A program made the translations under genes and the position numbers. Shown piece after piece: positions 30,817 through 41,085 of a stretch of DNA of 64,000 nt. Origin of the DNA: a virus (lineage: Duplodnaviria > Caudoviricetes); IMG/VR virus record IMGVR_UViG_3300005239_000039, positions 1 to 64,000 of that record; one strand, 5' to 3'. Position 1 is the first letter of the stretch; each line of letters starts with the position of its first letter. The notes under the pieces are model-generated. The model was given only the letters and a program-made list of their open reading frames with translations. It did no database searches and was not told the origin of the DNA.

Positions 30817-32570
30817 ATAGGTTTTTCAAAGAAGAAATACCGAATATGTCTGTAGGTGATGGTGGTTATTCCTCAGGGGGTGCATCACTTTCTCAAGCTG
30901 GTTTTGACTCTAAACTATGGAATTATGCTGTCGATCAAGATTTTCAAACACCTGATGAATCTGGATTAAATAAATGGAGATTTTCCAACGTATATCCAGT
31001 CTCAAGATTGTCAATGAAAAATGTTGATAACATGGTCAAATCTTCTAATAGATTTGTAAAAATAATGGATGAAAGGAATCGGGAGCAAGTAATGAACAAT
31101 TTACAAAGCGGTCTTTCTGAGGAAACTGCCAAATGTAAAACTGGTTATTACTATTGCTTTACAGATAAAAAATGTAAGAAGATTCCTATGGGTCTTTACG
31201 TTGGTCGCGGTGGTTATCTTTCAAAAGATAATGACGACAGTGAAAATAAAAAGAAAAATGGTAATGGTAATGGCAACGTTTCTAATGGTAATGGTTCCAA
31301 TGGTAATGGTGGTGCTGTAAGTGAAGAAGGGCTACGTGATTGGTTTGGTAAATCTAAATCAAAAGGTGGCAAAGGTGGATGGGTTAATGTTGTAACAGGT
31401 GGAACCTGTGCAAGTGACAAACCTCGGGAAGGAACTCCTAAGTGTGTTTCCTCAGAAAAAAGATCAAGTATGACTAAATCAGAAAGACTTTCTGCCCAAA
31501 AAAGAAAGAAAGCAGCAGATCCTGGCCAACAACAAAAATCTGGTGCAGCAAAACCAACTTACGTTCCTACTGACAAAAAGAAAATGAAGGAAGAAAAACT
31601 ACTATCAGTTTCAGAAGCAAAAGATAAAAAAAGTAAAGGTAGTGGAACAAAAGACGCTTGTTATCATAAGGTCAAGTCTCGTTATTCTGTATGGCCCTCT
31701 GCTTATGCTTCTGGTGCTTTGGTAAAGTGTCGTAAGGCTGGTGCTGCTAACTGGGGTAATAGCACAAAAGAAGAAACAGAGATTGGTGAAGCATGTTGGA
31801 AAGGTTATGAGAAGAAAGGCATGAAGACTATGTTTGGAAAAAGATATCCAAACTGTGTCAAGAAAACTAAGAAAGAAGATGTAAATCTTAGTGATAATCT
31901 CAATCTACATGTAGAGGGTATGGGAAATGTTCGCTATTGCCCTCAGTGTGAAAAGAATGAGACTAGAGAAGAGTGTTCATATGGACCAAAAAACTGGGAT
32001 ATGAATTCAAGTCCTGTTGCTCTTGGATCAAATACATTTGATATTTCTTCTGTTACTCCATCAAATGAAGAGTATGTTGAAGAAAAATATGAAAGAATTC
32101 AAAAAATGGGAAGAACTTATACAATGTTTTTTACCTTTAGAGGTCAGTATAAGTCACTTCAATTTTTCTTTCCAACATCAAAGAGACCTTCTAGAGAAGA
32201 TGTATTAATTCAACTCAGAAAAATTTTTCCTGAAGCTGTATTGGTAAATTTCTTTGAAAGAGATCGTATTGAAAGTGAACCGCTTGTAACTGTAGAAGGT
32301 GTTAAAAGTTTTGGAAATTTCATGACAGAAGGTGCAGCATGGACTAAGAAGTCTGGTAAGAACAAAGAAGGTGGTCTCAATGAAAAAGGACGTAAGTCTT
32401 ATGAAAAAGAGAACCCTGGTTCTGATCTGAAAGCACCTTCTAAGGAAGTAGGTAACAAGAGAAGAGCATCATTCTGTGCAAGGATGAAAGGAATGCGTAA
32501 GAGACAAAAACCTTCCAATAACACAGGCGATGATCGTCTGTCAAAATCACTAAGAGCCTGGAATTGCTGA
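30813..32570 (+). CDS. Modular basic/Cys-rich protein (585 aa), candidate internal head polyprotein
   Basis: Long ORF coupled to gp16 (ATGA); short basic or Cys-paired modules separated by Glu-containing linkers (see findings). Confidence 0.75.
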   Translation: MNRFFKEEIPNMSVGDGGYSSGGASLSQAGFDSKLWNYAVDQDFQTPDESGLNKWRFSNVYPVSRLSMKNVDNMVKSSNRFVKIMDERNREQVMNNLQSGLSEETAKCKTGYYYCFTDKKCKKIPMGLYVGRGGYLSKDNDDSENKKKNGNGNGNVSNGNGSNGNGGAVSEEGLRDWFGKSKSKGGKGGWVNVVTGGTCASDKPREGTPKCVSSEKRSSMTKSERLSAQKRKKAADPGQQQKSGAAKPTYVPTDKKKMKEEKLLSVSEAKDKKSKGSGTKDACYHKVKSRYSVWPSAYASGALVKCRKAGAANWGNSTKEETEIGEACWKGYEKKGMKTMFGKRYPNCVKKTKKEDVNLSDNLNLHVEGMGNVRYCPQCEKNETREECSYGPKNWDMNSSPVALGSNTFDISSVTPSNEEYVEEKYERIQKMGRTYTMFFTFRGQYKSLQFFFPTSKRPSREDVLIQLRKIFPEAVLVNFFERDRIESEPLVTVEGVKSFGNFMTEGAAWTKKSGKNKEGGLNEKGRKSYEKENPGSDLKAPSKEVGNKRRASFCARMKGMRKRQKPSNNTGDDRLSKSLRAWNC

Positions 32571-32893
32571 TGAAAAACTTTAAACAATTCATGTCAGAGT
32601 CAGTCAATATCTCTGGCGACTTCAACGGAAACCTATACATCAACTCTCAAGATCAACAATCTCAAGAGGAAGTTGGTGAGAGTTATGTTGCCGATATCAC
32701 TTGGCAAAATAGCATATATAGAATTGAGATGGTAACAAAGACTGGAATACCATCAAAGCAAGAATTGGCTGAAAAACTTCAGAGTGAATATCCTGGTGCA
32801 ATGGTACATAACATCTATCCAGTAGAAGAAAAGAACTTTAATATTAAAAACGCAAAAAGATACCACCCTTCAAAACTGGAATGGATTGACTGA
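32570..32893 (+). CDS. Small protein with capsid-targeting-like N-terminus MKNFKQFMSE (107 aa)
   Basis: ATG at 32570 overlaps the upstream TGA (TGATG), so it is a better start than the TTG at 32564. Confidence 0.75.
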   Translation: MKNFKQFMSESVNISGDFNGNLYINSQDQQSQEEVGESYVADITWQNSIYRIEMVTKTGIPSKQELAEKLQSEYPGAMVHNIYPVEEKNFNIKNAKRYHPSKLEWID

Positions 32894-32895
32894 TT

Positions 32896-34171
32896 ATGGC
32901 ACAGTGGAATAAGACTACTCAAGACTTCTTGAATCAAGAGAGAAGTCTCTTTGAGGTTTATAATATCGCAGATCACTGGGGAAACCAGACGGACTGGAGA
33001 CCTCAGTTTTCTAATAATAATAGATTAAAGGTTTCTCCATATCAAACAGTCTTCTTCAATACCTTTCAGTACGGCAAAGAAACTGATGTATGGGATGAAA
33101 GATTAGTCGGAGTCGGTGCAACTGCTACCTTTAATGCATCATCCAGTAATGTAGTAATGGAGGTTGGTTCTGCTGCTGGTAGTAGTGTAGTTCGTCAGAC
33201 CAAGAATGTAATGAGATACATTCCTGGTAGATCAACTACTCTTACATTTTCAATTCGTCTTGATACTCCGCAAGTTGGTATTCGTAGAAGGTTTGGATTG
33301 TTTGACGAGAATAATGGAGCTTATTTTGAGGATGATGGTGGAACTTATTCTTATGTAATTCGTAGTAATACGACAGGTATTGTTAGTGAAAGAAGAGTAT
33401 ACAGAGACGATTGAACGGTGAGAGTTTGATGGTAATGGATATACTGGTGTAACTGCTGATCCAACAAAACAGCAGTTGATTTCCATCAACTATGAGTGGT
33501 ATGGTTCTGGTCTTGTAGAGTTTGCATGGTTAATGAAAAATGAGACAATTCCGTCTCATACATTTGAGAACTCAAATACTTTCGATACTGTTTGGTGTTC
33601 TACTCCATTCTTACCCATTCGTGTTCAGATTGAAAATGTAACTGGTGTTGCTGGAACTCATTACATATATCAGGGTTCTAATTCTCTGATTCAAGAAGGT
33701 GAACCAGAGAAACTTGGTATTCTTGAAAGTATTTCTAATCCAATTACTGGTACTACGATGTCAGCAGCAAATACTTTTTATCCAGTTGTAAGTTTAAGAT
33801 TGAAAGATAGTCAGTTAGCTGCTGTTGCTCTGATTAGATCTCTACAAGCAGCAACGAATGATAATACTAATATCTATTGGAGATTAATTGAGAACCCAAC
33901 TCTAACTGGCGCAAGTTGGACAGATGATCCAGATCCAAACTCCTTTATGCAGTATGACACAAGTGCTACTGCCATGACTGATGGAAATATTATCTTGAGT
34001 GGATTTACAATTTCTGGTGGATCGGCTCTAACTAATATTGATGAAAAAGCACAACTACAAATTGGTAGAAGTGGTATTGGTACTATAAGTGATATCTACA
34101 CTCTTGCTTGTGCATCACCTAATACTAATAAAAAAGCACTTGGCATATTGAACTGGATTGAACAAAGGTAA
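32896..34171 (+). CDS. Single hypothetical (probably virion, beta-rich) protein of about 425 aa, split by two 1-nt deletions near 33412-33424
   Basis: Adding one G (GAT TG[G] AAC) and one A (GAG A[A]G TTT) joins the 172-aa and 231-aa ORFs in frame through D-W-N-G-E-K-F-D-G-N-G-Y-T-G. Confidence 0.75.
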
Positions 34172-34177
34172 TTAATT

Positions 34178-35824
34178 ATGAGTGAAAGCATTTATCTTGG
34201 TAATCCTAATCTAAAAAAAGCAAATACAAAGATTCAATTTTCTGAAGATGATATTCGGGAATTCTTGAAGTGTAAAAAAGATCCTGTATACTTTGCTAAA
34301 AATTATATTAAGATCGTTTCTCTAGACGAAGGGCTTGTACCATTTAAGATGTACAAGTTCCAAGAGAAACTTGTAAAAAACTTCCATAAGAATAGATTCA
34401 ACATCTGTAAGATGCCACGTCAGACTGGTAAGTCTACAACATGCGTGTCTTATCTACTTCATTATGCCGTCTTTAATGATAATGTTAATATTGCCATCTT
34501 AGCAAACAAAGCAGCTACTGCAAAAGATCTTCTTGGAAGGTTGCAACTTGCATATGAAAATTTACCAAAGTGGATGCAACAGGGTATTGTTTCTTGGAAT
34601 AAACAATCATTAGAATTGGAGAATGGATCTAAAATCATAGCTGCATCTACATCTGCATCTGCTGTTCGTGGTGGTTCTTATAATATTATCTTTCTTGATG
34701 AGTTTGCTTTCATTCCAAATCACATTGCTGATCAATTCTTTGCCTCTGTTTATCCCACTATCTCGTCTGGTAAAAACACCAAGGTAATTATTGTTTCAAC
34801 ACCACATGGTATGAATCACTTCTACCGAATGTGGCATGATGCAGAAAGAAGTAAAAATGAATATATACCAACTGCAGTACACTGGTCTGAAGTTCCTGGA
34901 AGGAACGCTAAGTGGAAAGCTCAAACTATTTCCAACACATCAGAGCAACAGTTTAAAGTTGAGTTTGAATGCGAGTTCTTAGGATCTGTTGATACTCTTA
35001 TTGATGTAACTAAACTAAAGAATTTAGTATATGATGATCCAGTAAAAAGAAATAAAGGATTAGACATTTATCAAGATCCTATAAAGGATCATAATTATAT
35101 GATGACGGTTGACGTTGCTAGAGGAGTAGAACGTGACTATTCAGCTTTCATTGTATATGATATAACACAATTTCCATATAGGATAGTTGCAAAATATAGA
35201 AATAATGAAATAAAACCGATGGTATTTCCAAGTATCATCAAACAAGTTGCAGACGGATATAATCAATCATATGTTTTAGTTGAAGTCAACGATATTGGTG
35301 ATCAAGTTGCATCTATTCTTTATTTTGATCTTGAATATGAAAATTTGCTAATGTGTTCTATGAGAGGTAGAGCAGGGCAAGTAGTTGGATCTGGATTTTC
35401 TGGCAAAAAATCTCAATTGGGTGTCAGAATGACATCAGCAGTAAAAAAATTGGGATGTTCTAATTTAAAAACTTTATTGGAAGATGATAAACTCATAACA
35501 AATGATTATGATATTATTTCTGAACTAACTACGTTTGTTCAAAAGAGACAATCATTTGAAGCTGAAGAAGGATGTAATGATGATCTAGCGATGTGTTTAG
35601 TCATATTCTCATGGTTAGTTGCACAAGATTATTTCAAAGAAATGACTGATAATGATGTTCGTAAAAGAATTTATGAAGAGCAAAAAAATCAAATCGATCA
35701 AGATATGGCTCCGTTTGGTTTTATCTCTGATGGTCTAGATGCTGTAAGTGAAGTTGATAATGATGGAGATAGATGGTTTGCCGATGAATATGGTGATAGA
35801 TCATATATGTGGGATTATAAGTAG
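34178..35824 (+). CDS. gp17: Terminase large subunit gp17
   Basis: YLGNPNLK N-terminus, Walker A PRQTGKST, Walker B IIFLDEFAF, nuclease VDVARG and NDDLAM motifs. Confidence 0.97.
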   Translation: MSESIYLGNPNLKKANTKIQFSEDDIREFLKCKKDPVYFAKNYIKIVSLDEGLVPFKMYKFQEKLVKNFHKNRFNICKMPRQTGKSTTCVSYLLHYAVFNDNVNIAILANKAATAKDLLGRLQLAYENLPKWMQQGIVSWNKQSLELENGSKIIAASTSASAVRGGSYNIIFLDEFAFIPNHIADQFFASVYPTISSGKNTKVIIVSTPHGMNHFYRMWHDAERSKNEYIPTAVHWSEVPGRNAKWKAQTISNTSEQQFKVEFECEFLGSVDTLIDVTKLKNLVYDDPVKRNKGLDIYQDPIKDHNYMMTVDVARGVERDYSAFIVYDITQFPYRIVAKYRNNEIKPMVFPSIIKQVADGYNQSYVLVEVNDIGDQVASILYFDLEYENLLMCSMRGRAGQVVGSGFSGKKSQLGVRMTSAVKKLGCSNLKTLLEDDKLITNDYDIISELTTFVQKRQSFEAEEGCNDDLAMCLVIFSWLVAQDYFKEMTDNDVRKRIYEEQKNQIDQDMAPFGFISDGLDAVSEVDNDGDRWFADEYGDRSYMWDYK

Positions 35825-36051
35825 TGGATATTGAAGACTCATTTGAGTTAGAACATCTTCTTTTCAATGAAAGGCAATGTAGATCTTGCTACCAAACAAA
35901 AAATTTATTAACTGATTTTTATCTTACTAGAAAAGATAGAGGATCTTTTCCATCGGCATATTCATACGAATGTAAAGAATGCACTATAAAAAGAATTCAA
36001 AAATCTCGAAATAAAAACAAACTTTCAAAAAACGAATATCCAGACTGGTAG
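35824..36051 (+). CDS. Small CxxC...CxxC zinc-finger protein (75 aa)
   Basis: RQCRSC and YECKEC motifs; GTG start overlapping the gp17 stop region. Confidence 0.65.
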   Translation: MDIEDSFELEHLLFNERQCRSCYQTKNLLTDFYLTRKDRGSFPSAYSYECKECTIKRIQKSRNKNKLSKNEYPDW

Positions 36052-36091
36052 TATGTTCATGCATTGTTTCCCCATGATAGAGGTACTTTTT

Positions 36092-36099
36092 AATAAATA
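36092..36099 (+). promoter_or_regulatory. Late promoter variant AATAAATA before gp18
   Basis: NATAAATA about 38 nt before the ATG; AGGAG ribosome-binding site follows. Confidence 0.7.
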
Positions 36100-36136
36100 A
36101 CTTTAGATTAATATCGGACACCAAAAGGAGACATCA

Positions 36137-38554
36137 ATGGCGCTAAATTTAGCATCTCCTGGTATTGTTGTAAGAGAGGTAGATCTTACTTTAGGAAGAG
36201 TAGATCCCGTATCTGATAAAGTTGCTGCTCTTGCAGCACCTTTTGCACAAGGACCAGTAGAAGTTCCAACCCTAATCCAGAATGAATCCGATTTGCTAGC
36301 TAACTTTGGCAAATCATATGATGCTGACAGGCATTATGAAAACTGGATGGTCGCATCTTCATATCTCGCATATGGCGGATCACTAAGGGTCATCAGAGTA
36401 GATGACGCAGATATGAAGAACTCTTTCTTCGGATCTGGTACTGCACCAAAAATTAAAAGTTTAGATCATTATAATGATCTAGGTTACGAAGATAATATTA
36501 TTCCTGGAATTACTTTCGCATCTAGAAATCCTGGATCATGGGGTAATGGTTTAAAAGTTGCAATTATTGACTCAGCAGCTGACCAAAGACTTAGTGGAAT
36601 CGCACTAACTGGCATTACAGTTGGCATGGGCGTAAGTCAAGTTGTCCCTGCTGGAACTGTTGTTCCTGGAGCTGGATCAACTTCTGTGTTGGATGGTGCA
36701 TTTAAAGGAATTGTAACTAAAGTAGGCGCAGACTTTGTTGATGTTAAATTTGTTCAGCATGAGAGTGCTGCTGGAGTAACAACACAAGTCGATTATCAAG
36801 AAAACGGAATTTATAGATTCACTGGTGATGTAAGAATTATTAATTCTTCTGGTGAAGGTGTAACTGGTGGCAATGAAATTTCCTCAACATTAGCATCAGT
36901 TGGTCTTTCAACTGGAGTTACTTCTATTCCCCTTGCAATCAATCCAACAACATCAGATATTGTTGCAAGTGATCTTCTTTCTATTCCTCACCTTGGATAT
37001 GGTCTAACAGTTACTGGAGTTGGAACAACTGCCGTAACAATTAGTTCTTTTGCTGGATTCAGCACATCTGTTGCTGGTCCTGCTAGTGGAACTCTTCCTG
37101 TTGGTACTGGAGTAACAGTAGCACGTTCTGTTAGATCTAATTCAGCTTCTGATTGGTTTGATCAGCAAAAGATTAGTTATACTGGTGGAGAAATTTTCTG
37201 GAATCAAATTTCTGATCGTCCAGGAACTTCAGAATATGCTGAAAATAGAAATTCTAGATTTGATGAACTTCATCTAGTTGTCATTGACGACGATGGATCA
37301 CAATCAGGTAATCCTGGAACTATTCTTGAGAAGCATCTCAGTCTATCTAAAGCAAATGATGCTCAGTTTGAAAGCGGATCCGCATCTTACTATAGATCAT
37401 ATGTTGCTAGTGGTTCTGGTTACTTCTTCGCTGGTGGACAACCTGATGGAGCTGTAGCAAGTGACTTTAAACTTGCAACTGGGCAAGGATTTACTGCAGT
37501 AACAGACATTGCATGGGACCAAAACGCTTCTGGAATTTCTTTCGCAGGATTCGGTAACACTACTGCTGCTCTAGCAGGTGGTCTAAACTACAACGGAACA
37601 AGTGGTCTATCAACCACAACTTCACTTGCAGCAGATATCTCAAGTATTGCTGCTGGATATGACCTTCTAAGCAACCCTGATGAGTACACTGTAGACTTCA
37701 TCCTTCAAGGATCTGGAAACTACACTAAAGAACAATCTCAGGCAATTGGTCTAAAAGTCATCGAAGTTGCAGAGAAGAGAAAGGATGCTGTTGCATTCCT
37801 ATCACCACACAGAGCTGCCCTATTCAATGATAGTGCAACTGAAGCGGTTGTAAGACCTGTTGATACAATTACCGATAACGTAATTGGTCACTTTACACCA
37901 ATCACTTCATCCTCATTTGCAGTGTTTGATAGTGGTTATAAGTACATGTATGACAGATTCTCTGACAAATTCCGTTATATCCCACTAAATGGAGATACTG
38001 CTGGAACTTGTGCAAGAACTGATATCAATGATTTCCCTTGGTTCTCACCCGCAGGAACAGAAAGAGGAGCTATCCTAAACGCTGTCAAACTTCCTTATAA
38101 TCCAGGTAAGGTTCAGAGAGATCGTCTCTATAGCAATAGAATTAATCCCATAACCTTTATTCCTGGTTCTGGTATTGTTCTATTCGGAGATAAGACTGGA
38201 TTCGCTAAAGCTTCTGCTTTCGATAGAATCAACGTTCGTAGATTGTTTATCTTCCTAGAAAAAGCAATCTCCTCTGTAGCAAGAGATCAACTCTTTGAAT
38301 TCAACGATGAGATTACCAGAACTAGTTTTGTTAACTCTGTTGAACCTTTCCTAAGAGAAGTTCAATCCAATCGTGGAATCCAAGATTTCGTTGTTGTATG
38401 TGACGAAAGCAACAACACTTCTGCTGTAATTGATCGTAATGAATTCGTTGCTGATGTGTTCGTCAAACCAGCACGCTCAATCAACTTCGTTGGACTCACC
38501 TTCGTGGCAACACGAACTGGTGTGTCATTTGATGAAGTCATCGGAAACGTTTAA
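36137..38554 (+). CDS. gp18: Tail sheath protein gp18
   Basis: LASPGIVVREVDLT N-terminus; PWFSPAG and SAFDRINVRRLF motifs. Confidence 0.97.
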   Translation: MALNLASPGIVVREVDLTLGRVDPVSDKVAALAAPFAQGPVEVPTLIQNESDLLANFGKSYDADRHYENWMVASSYLAYGGSLRVIRVDDADMKNSFFGSGTAPKIKSLDHYNDLGYEDNIIPGITFASRNPGSWGNGLKVAIIDSAADQRLSGIALTGITVGMGVSQVVPAGTVVPGAGSTSVLDGAFKGIVTKVGADFVDVKFVQHESAAGVTTQVDYQENGIYRFTGDVRIINSSGEGVTGGNEISSTLASVGLSTGVTSIPLAINPTTSDIVASDLLSIPHLGYGLTVTGVGTTAVTISSFAGFSTSVAGPASGTLPVGTGVTVARSVRSNSASDWFDQQKISYTGGEIFWNQISDRPGTSEYAENRNSRFDELHLVVIDDDGSQSGNPGTILEKHLSLSKANDAQFESGSASYYRSYVASGSGYFFAGGQPDGAVASDFKLATGQGFTAVTDIAWDQNASGISFAGFGNTTAALAGGLNYNGTSGLSTTTSLAADISSIAAGYDLLSNPDEYTVDFILQGSGNYTKEQSQAIGLKVIEVAEKRKDAVAFLSPHRAALFNDSATEAVVRPVDTITDNVIGHFTPITSSSFAVFDSGYKYMYDRFSDKFRYIPLNGDTAGTCARTDINDFPWFSPAGTERGAILNAVKLPYNPGKVQRDRLYSNRINPITFIPGSGIVLFGDKTGFAKASAFDRINVRRLFIFLEKAISSVARDQLFEFNDEITRTSFVNSVEPFLREVQSNRGIQDFVVVCDESNNTSAVIDRNEFVADVFVKPARSINFVGLTFVATRTGVSFDEVIGNV

Positions 38555-38572
38555 TTAGGGGTCTAAACCAAA

Positions 38573-39163
38573 ATGGCATCAAAAAATCAACAAAATCCTC
38601 CCGCATTAAGGACTATTTCCGATTTCAAGAATAAATTGCAGGGCGGCGGGGCCCGACCCAATTTATTTGAAGTTGTACTCGCATTCCCTGGAGATTTGAG
38701 TATTAGCAACAATGTCGTCAATGAAGCAAGATTTATGGTAAAGGCAGCTGCGCTGCCTGCATCAAATATTGCTCCTATTGATGTTGCTTTCCGTGGTCGT
38801 CTACTCAAAGTTGCTGGAGACAGAACCTTTGATACCTGGACAATCACTGTTCTCAATGATACTGATTTTGGAATCAGAGGAGCATTTGAAAGATGGATGA
38901 ATTCGATCAATCGTGTCACTGATGCGACTGGTGCAGTCAATCCTTCTGATTACCAAGCTGACGCTTTCGTATATCAACTAGATAGAGATGGAAGTGTACT
39001 TAGAAAGTACAAGTTCCATGATGTTTTCCCAACAAACATTTCTCAGATCGATCTATCATATGATTCCTCTGATACTCTAGAAGAATTTACTGTCGAACTA
39101 CAAGTTCTATTCTGGACAGCAGCTGCTGATAATGCAGGTGGTGGCGCTGGAGACATTAACTAA
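38573..39163 (+). CDS. gp19: Tail tube protein gp19
   Basis: GGARPNLFEV, FRGRLLKVAGDRTFDTWTITV and LEEFTVEL motifs. Confidence 0.96.
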   Translation: MASKNQQNPPALRTISDFKNKLQGGGARPNLFEVVLAFPGDLSISNNVVNEARFMVKAAALPASNIAPIDVAFRGRLLKVAGDRTFDTWTITVLNDTDFGIRGAFERWMNSINRVTDATGAVNPSDYQADAFVYQLDRDGSVLRKYKFHDVFPTNISQIDLSYDSSDTLEEFTVELQVLFWTAAADNAGGGAGDIN

Positions 39164-39168
39164 GATCG

Positions 39169-39175
39169 CTAAATA
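39169..39175 (+). promoter_or_regulatory. Late promoter variant CTAAATA before gp20
   Basis: Same variant recurs at 44914, 46087 and 51926, each at a gene junction. Confidence 0.55.
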
Positions 39176-39203
39176 ATCTTAGTAAGACAGCAAATTTTAT
39201 AAA

Positions 39204-40865
39204 ATGGCGAGACTTTTTGGATTCTCTATTGAAGATAACGAAAAAAAATCTAAAAGTATAGTGTCCCCTGTCCCCGTGAATAACGAGGATGGGGTTGATC
39301 ATTATATTGCTAGTAATTTTTATGGTCAATATTTGGATTTAGAAGGTGTATATAAATCAGAGTTTGAATTAGTAAAAAGATATCGTGAAATGGCGCTTCA
39401 TCCAGAAGCAGATACTGCGATTGAAGATGTTGTAAATGAAGCTATTGTCAGTGATCTCAATGACACTCCTGTTACTATCAATCTTGATAACCTTCCAGCT
39501 AGCGATGGTATTAAGAAAAGAATTAGAGAAGAATTTAAAGTAATCAAAGACTTAATGAACTTTGATGCTAAATCACATGAAATTTTTAGAAATTGGTATG
39601 TTGATGGAAGACTTTATTATCATAAAGTAATTGATATTAAAAAACCTGAAGAAGGCATTCAAGAACTAAGATATATTGATCCTCTTAAGATGAGGTATGT
39701 TCGTGAAGAAAAAAAATCTAAGCAAGATAATAATGGTAATGCAGTTTTTAGAAATCCAAACGGAATTGCTCAAAAGGAAGTAGTTCAGTTTCCTGAAATT
39801 GAAGAATACTTCATGTTTATGCCAAGACCAACTTATGCTGGTGGAATGGGTGATAGATATTCTGGAACAAAGGGAATTAAATTTTCTAAAGATTCAATCA
39901 CATATTGCACGTCTGGTCTTGTAGATAGAAACAAGGGTATAGTTCTTTCATATCTACACAAAGCAATCAAGTCACTCAATCAACTCAGAATGATTGAAGA
40001 TTCTCTGGTCATCTATAGATTATCTAGAGCTCCAGAGCGTAGAATTTTCTACATTGATGTTGGTAATCTTCCTAAAATAAAAGCGGAACAATATCTAAAA
40101 GATGTAATGAACCGCTATCGTAATAAGTTGGTTTACGATGCATCGACTGGAGAAGTTCGTGATGATCGTAAGCATATGAGTATGCTTGAAGATTTCTGGT
40201 TGCCTCGTAGAGAGGGTGGTCGTGGTACAGAAATTACCACACTTCCTGGTGGTCAAAATCTTGGAGAACTCAGTGATGTTGCTTATTTCCAAAAGAAACT
40301 ATACAGATCATTAAGTGTACCTGAATCCAGAATTGGTGCTGAGGGTGGATTTAATCTTGGTCGATCCAGTGAAATTTTGAGAGATGAACTCAAATTCTCT
40401 AAGTTTGTTGGTCGTTTAAGAAAGCGTTTCAGTAATATGTTTATTGATATGCTTAAGACTCAGTGTCTTTTAAAGAATATCTGTACACCCAAAGACTGGG
40501 TATCACTTGAAGAGCATATTCAATTTGATTATATCTACGATAATCATTTTGCCGAACTTAAAGAAAAAGAATTATTGGAAGGTAGAATGAGTTCTGCTCA
40601 ATTAGCAGAACCATTTCTTGGAAAATATTATTCTGTTGAATATCTTCGCAGAAAAATTCTACATCAAACCGATGAAGAAATTATTGAAATTGATGAACAG
40701 ATTCAAAAAGAAATTCTTAGTGGAATTTTACCTGATCCAAATGCACCTGTAGATGAAATGGGAAATCCAATTCCACAGGATTCTACTGGAATGGGCGAGA
40801 TTCCTATGGATGAAAATCCAGATGATAGTGCATCCGAAGCCGATGGTCGAGCTGCTGAGATATAA
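39204..40865 (+). CDS. gp20: Portal protein gp20
   Basis: RAPERRIFYIDVGNLPK and EDFWLPRREGGRGTEITTLPGG motifs. Confidence 0.98.
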   Translation: MARLFGFSIEDNEKKSKSIVSPVPVNNEDGVDHYIASNFYGQYLDLEGVYKSEFELVKRYREMALHPEADTAIEDVVNEAIVSDLNDTPVTINLDNLPASDGIKKRIREEFKVIKDLMNFDAKSHEIFRNWYVDGRLYYHKVIDIKKPEEGIQELRYIDPLKMRYVREEKKSKQDNNGNAVFRNPNGIAQKEVVQFPEIEEYFMFMPRPTYAGGMGDRYSGTKGIKFSKDSITYCTSGLVDRNKGIVLSYLHKAIKSLNQLRMIEDSLVIYRLSRAPERRIFYIDVGNLPKIKAEQYLKDVMNRYRNKLVYDASTGEVRDDRKHMSMLEDFWLPRREGGRGTEITTLPGGQNLGELSDVAYFQKKLYRSLSVPESRIGAEGGFNLGRSSEILRDELKFSKFVGRLRKRFSNMFIDMLKTQCLLKNICTPKDWVSLEEHIQFDYIYDNHFAELKEKELLEGRMSSAQLAEPFLGKYYSVEYLRRKILHQTDEEIIEIDEQIQKEILSGILPDPNAPVDEMGNPIPQDSTGMGEIPMDENPDDSASEADGRAAEI

Positions 40866-40868
40866 ATA
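40861..40868 (+). promoter_or_regulatory. T4-type late promoter TATAAATA overlapping the gp20 stop
   Basis: Exact consensus. Confidence 0.75.
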
Positions 40869-40893
40869 GATTTAAGTTCTTATTTTATAATTC

Positions 40894-41085
40894 ATGGACA
40901 ATATTGTCGATTTAATTGCTAGTGGTGCCAGTGCGGCACAAATTAGTGATGAAATTAAAGATGCTCTCTACGGTAAATCCGCAGAAAAAATTGATTCTCT
41001 CCGCCCTTTAGCCGCAGCATCATTGTTTGGCAAAGATCAAGAAGAAGTTGAATTTGATGCAACAACAGAAACTGGAGAAGAATAA
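40894..41085 (+). CDS. Small acidic protein, positional equivalent of prohead core gp67
   Basis: 63 aa with an acidic tail, between gp20 and gp21; assignment by synteny only. Confidence 0.55.
   Translation: MDNIVDLIASGASAAQISDEIKDALYGKSAEKIDSLRPLAAASLFGKDQEEVEFDATTETGEE

Noticed and set aside
31257-31310. AATGGT tandem repeat as a contingency locus or CRISPR-like array
   Set aside because: It simply encodes an in-frame Asn-Gly linker, is imperfect, and has no spacers.
33412-33414. TGA read as Trp (alternative code or readthrough), since D-W is expected here
   Set aside because: Readthrough would give T-V-R-V-stop; only two 1-nt insertions restore the frame, and other genes use TGA as a normal stop.
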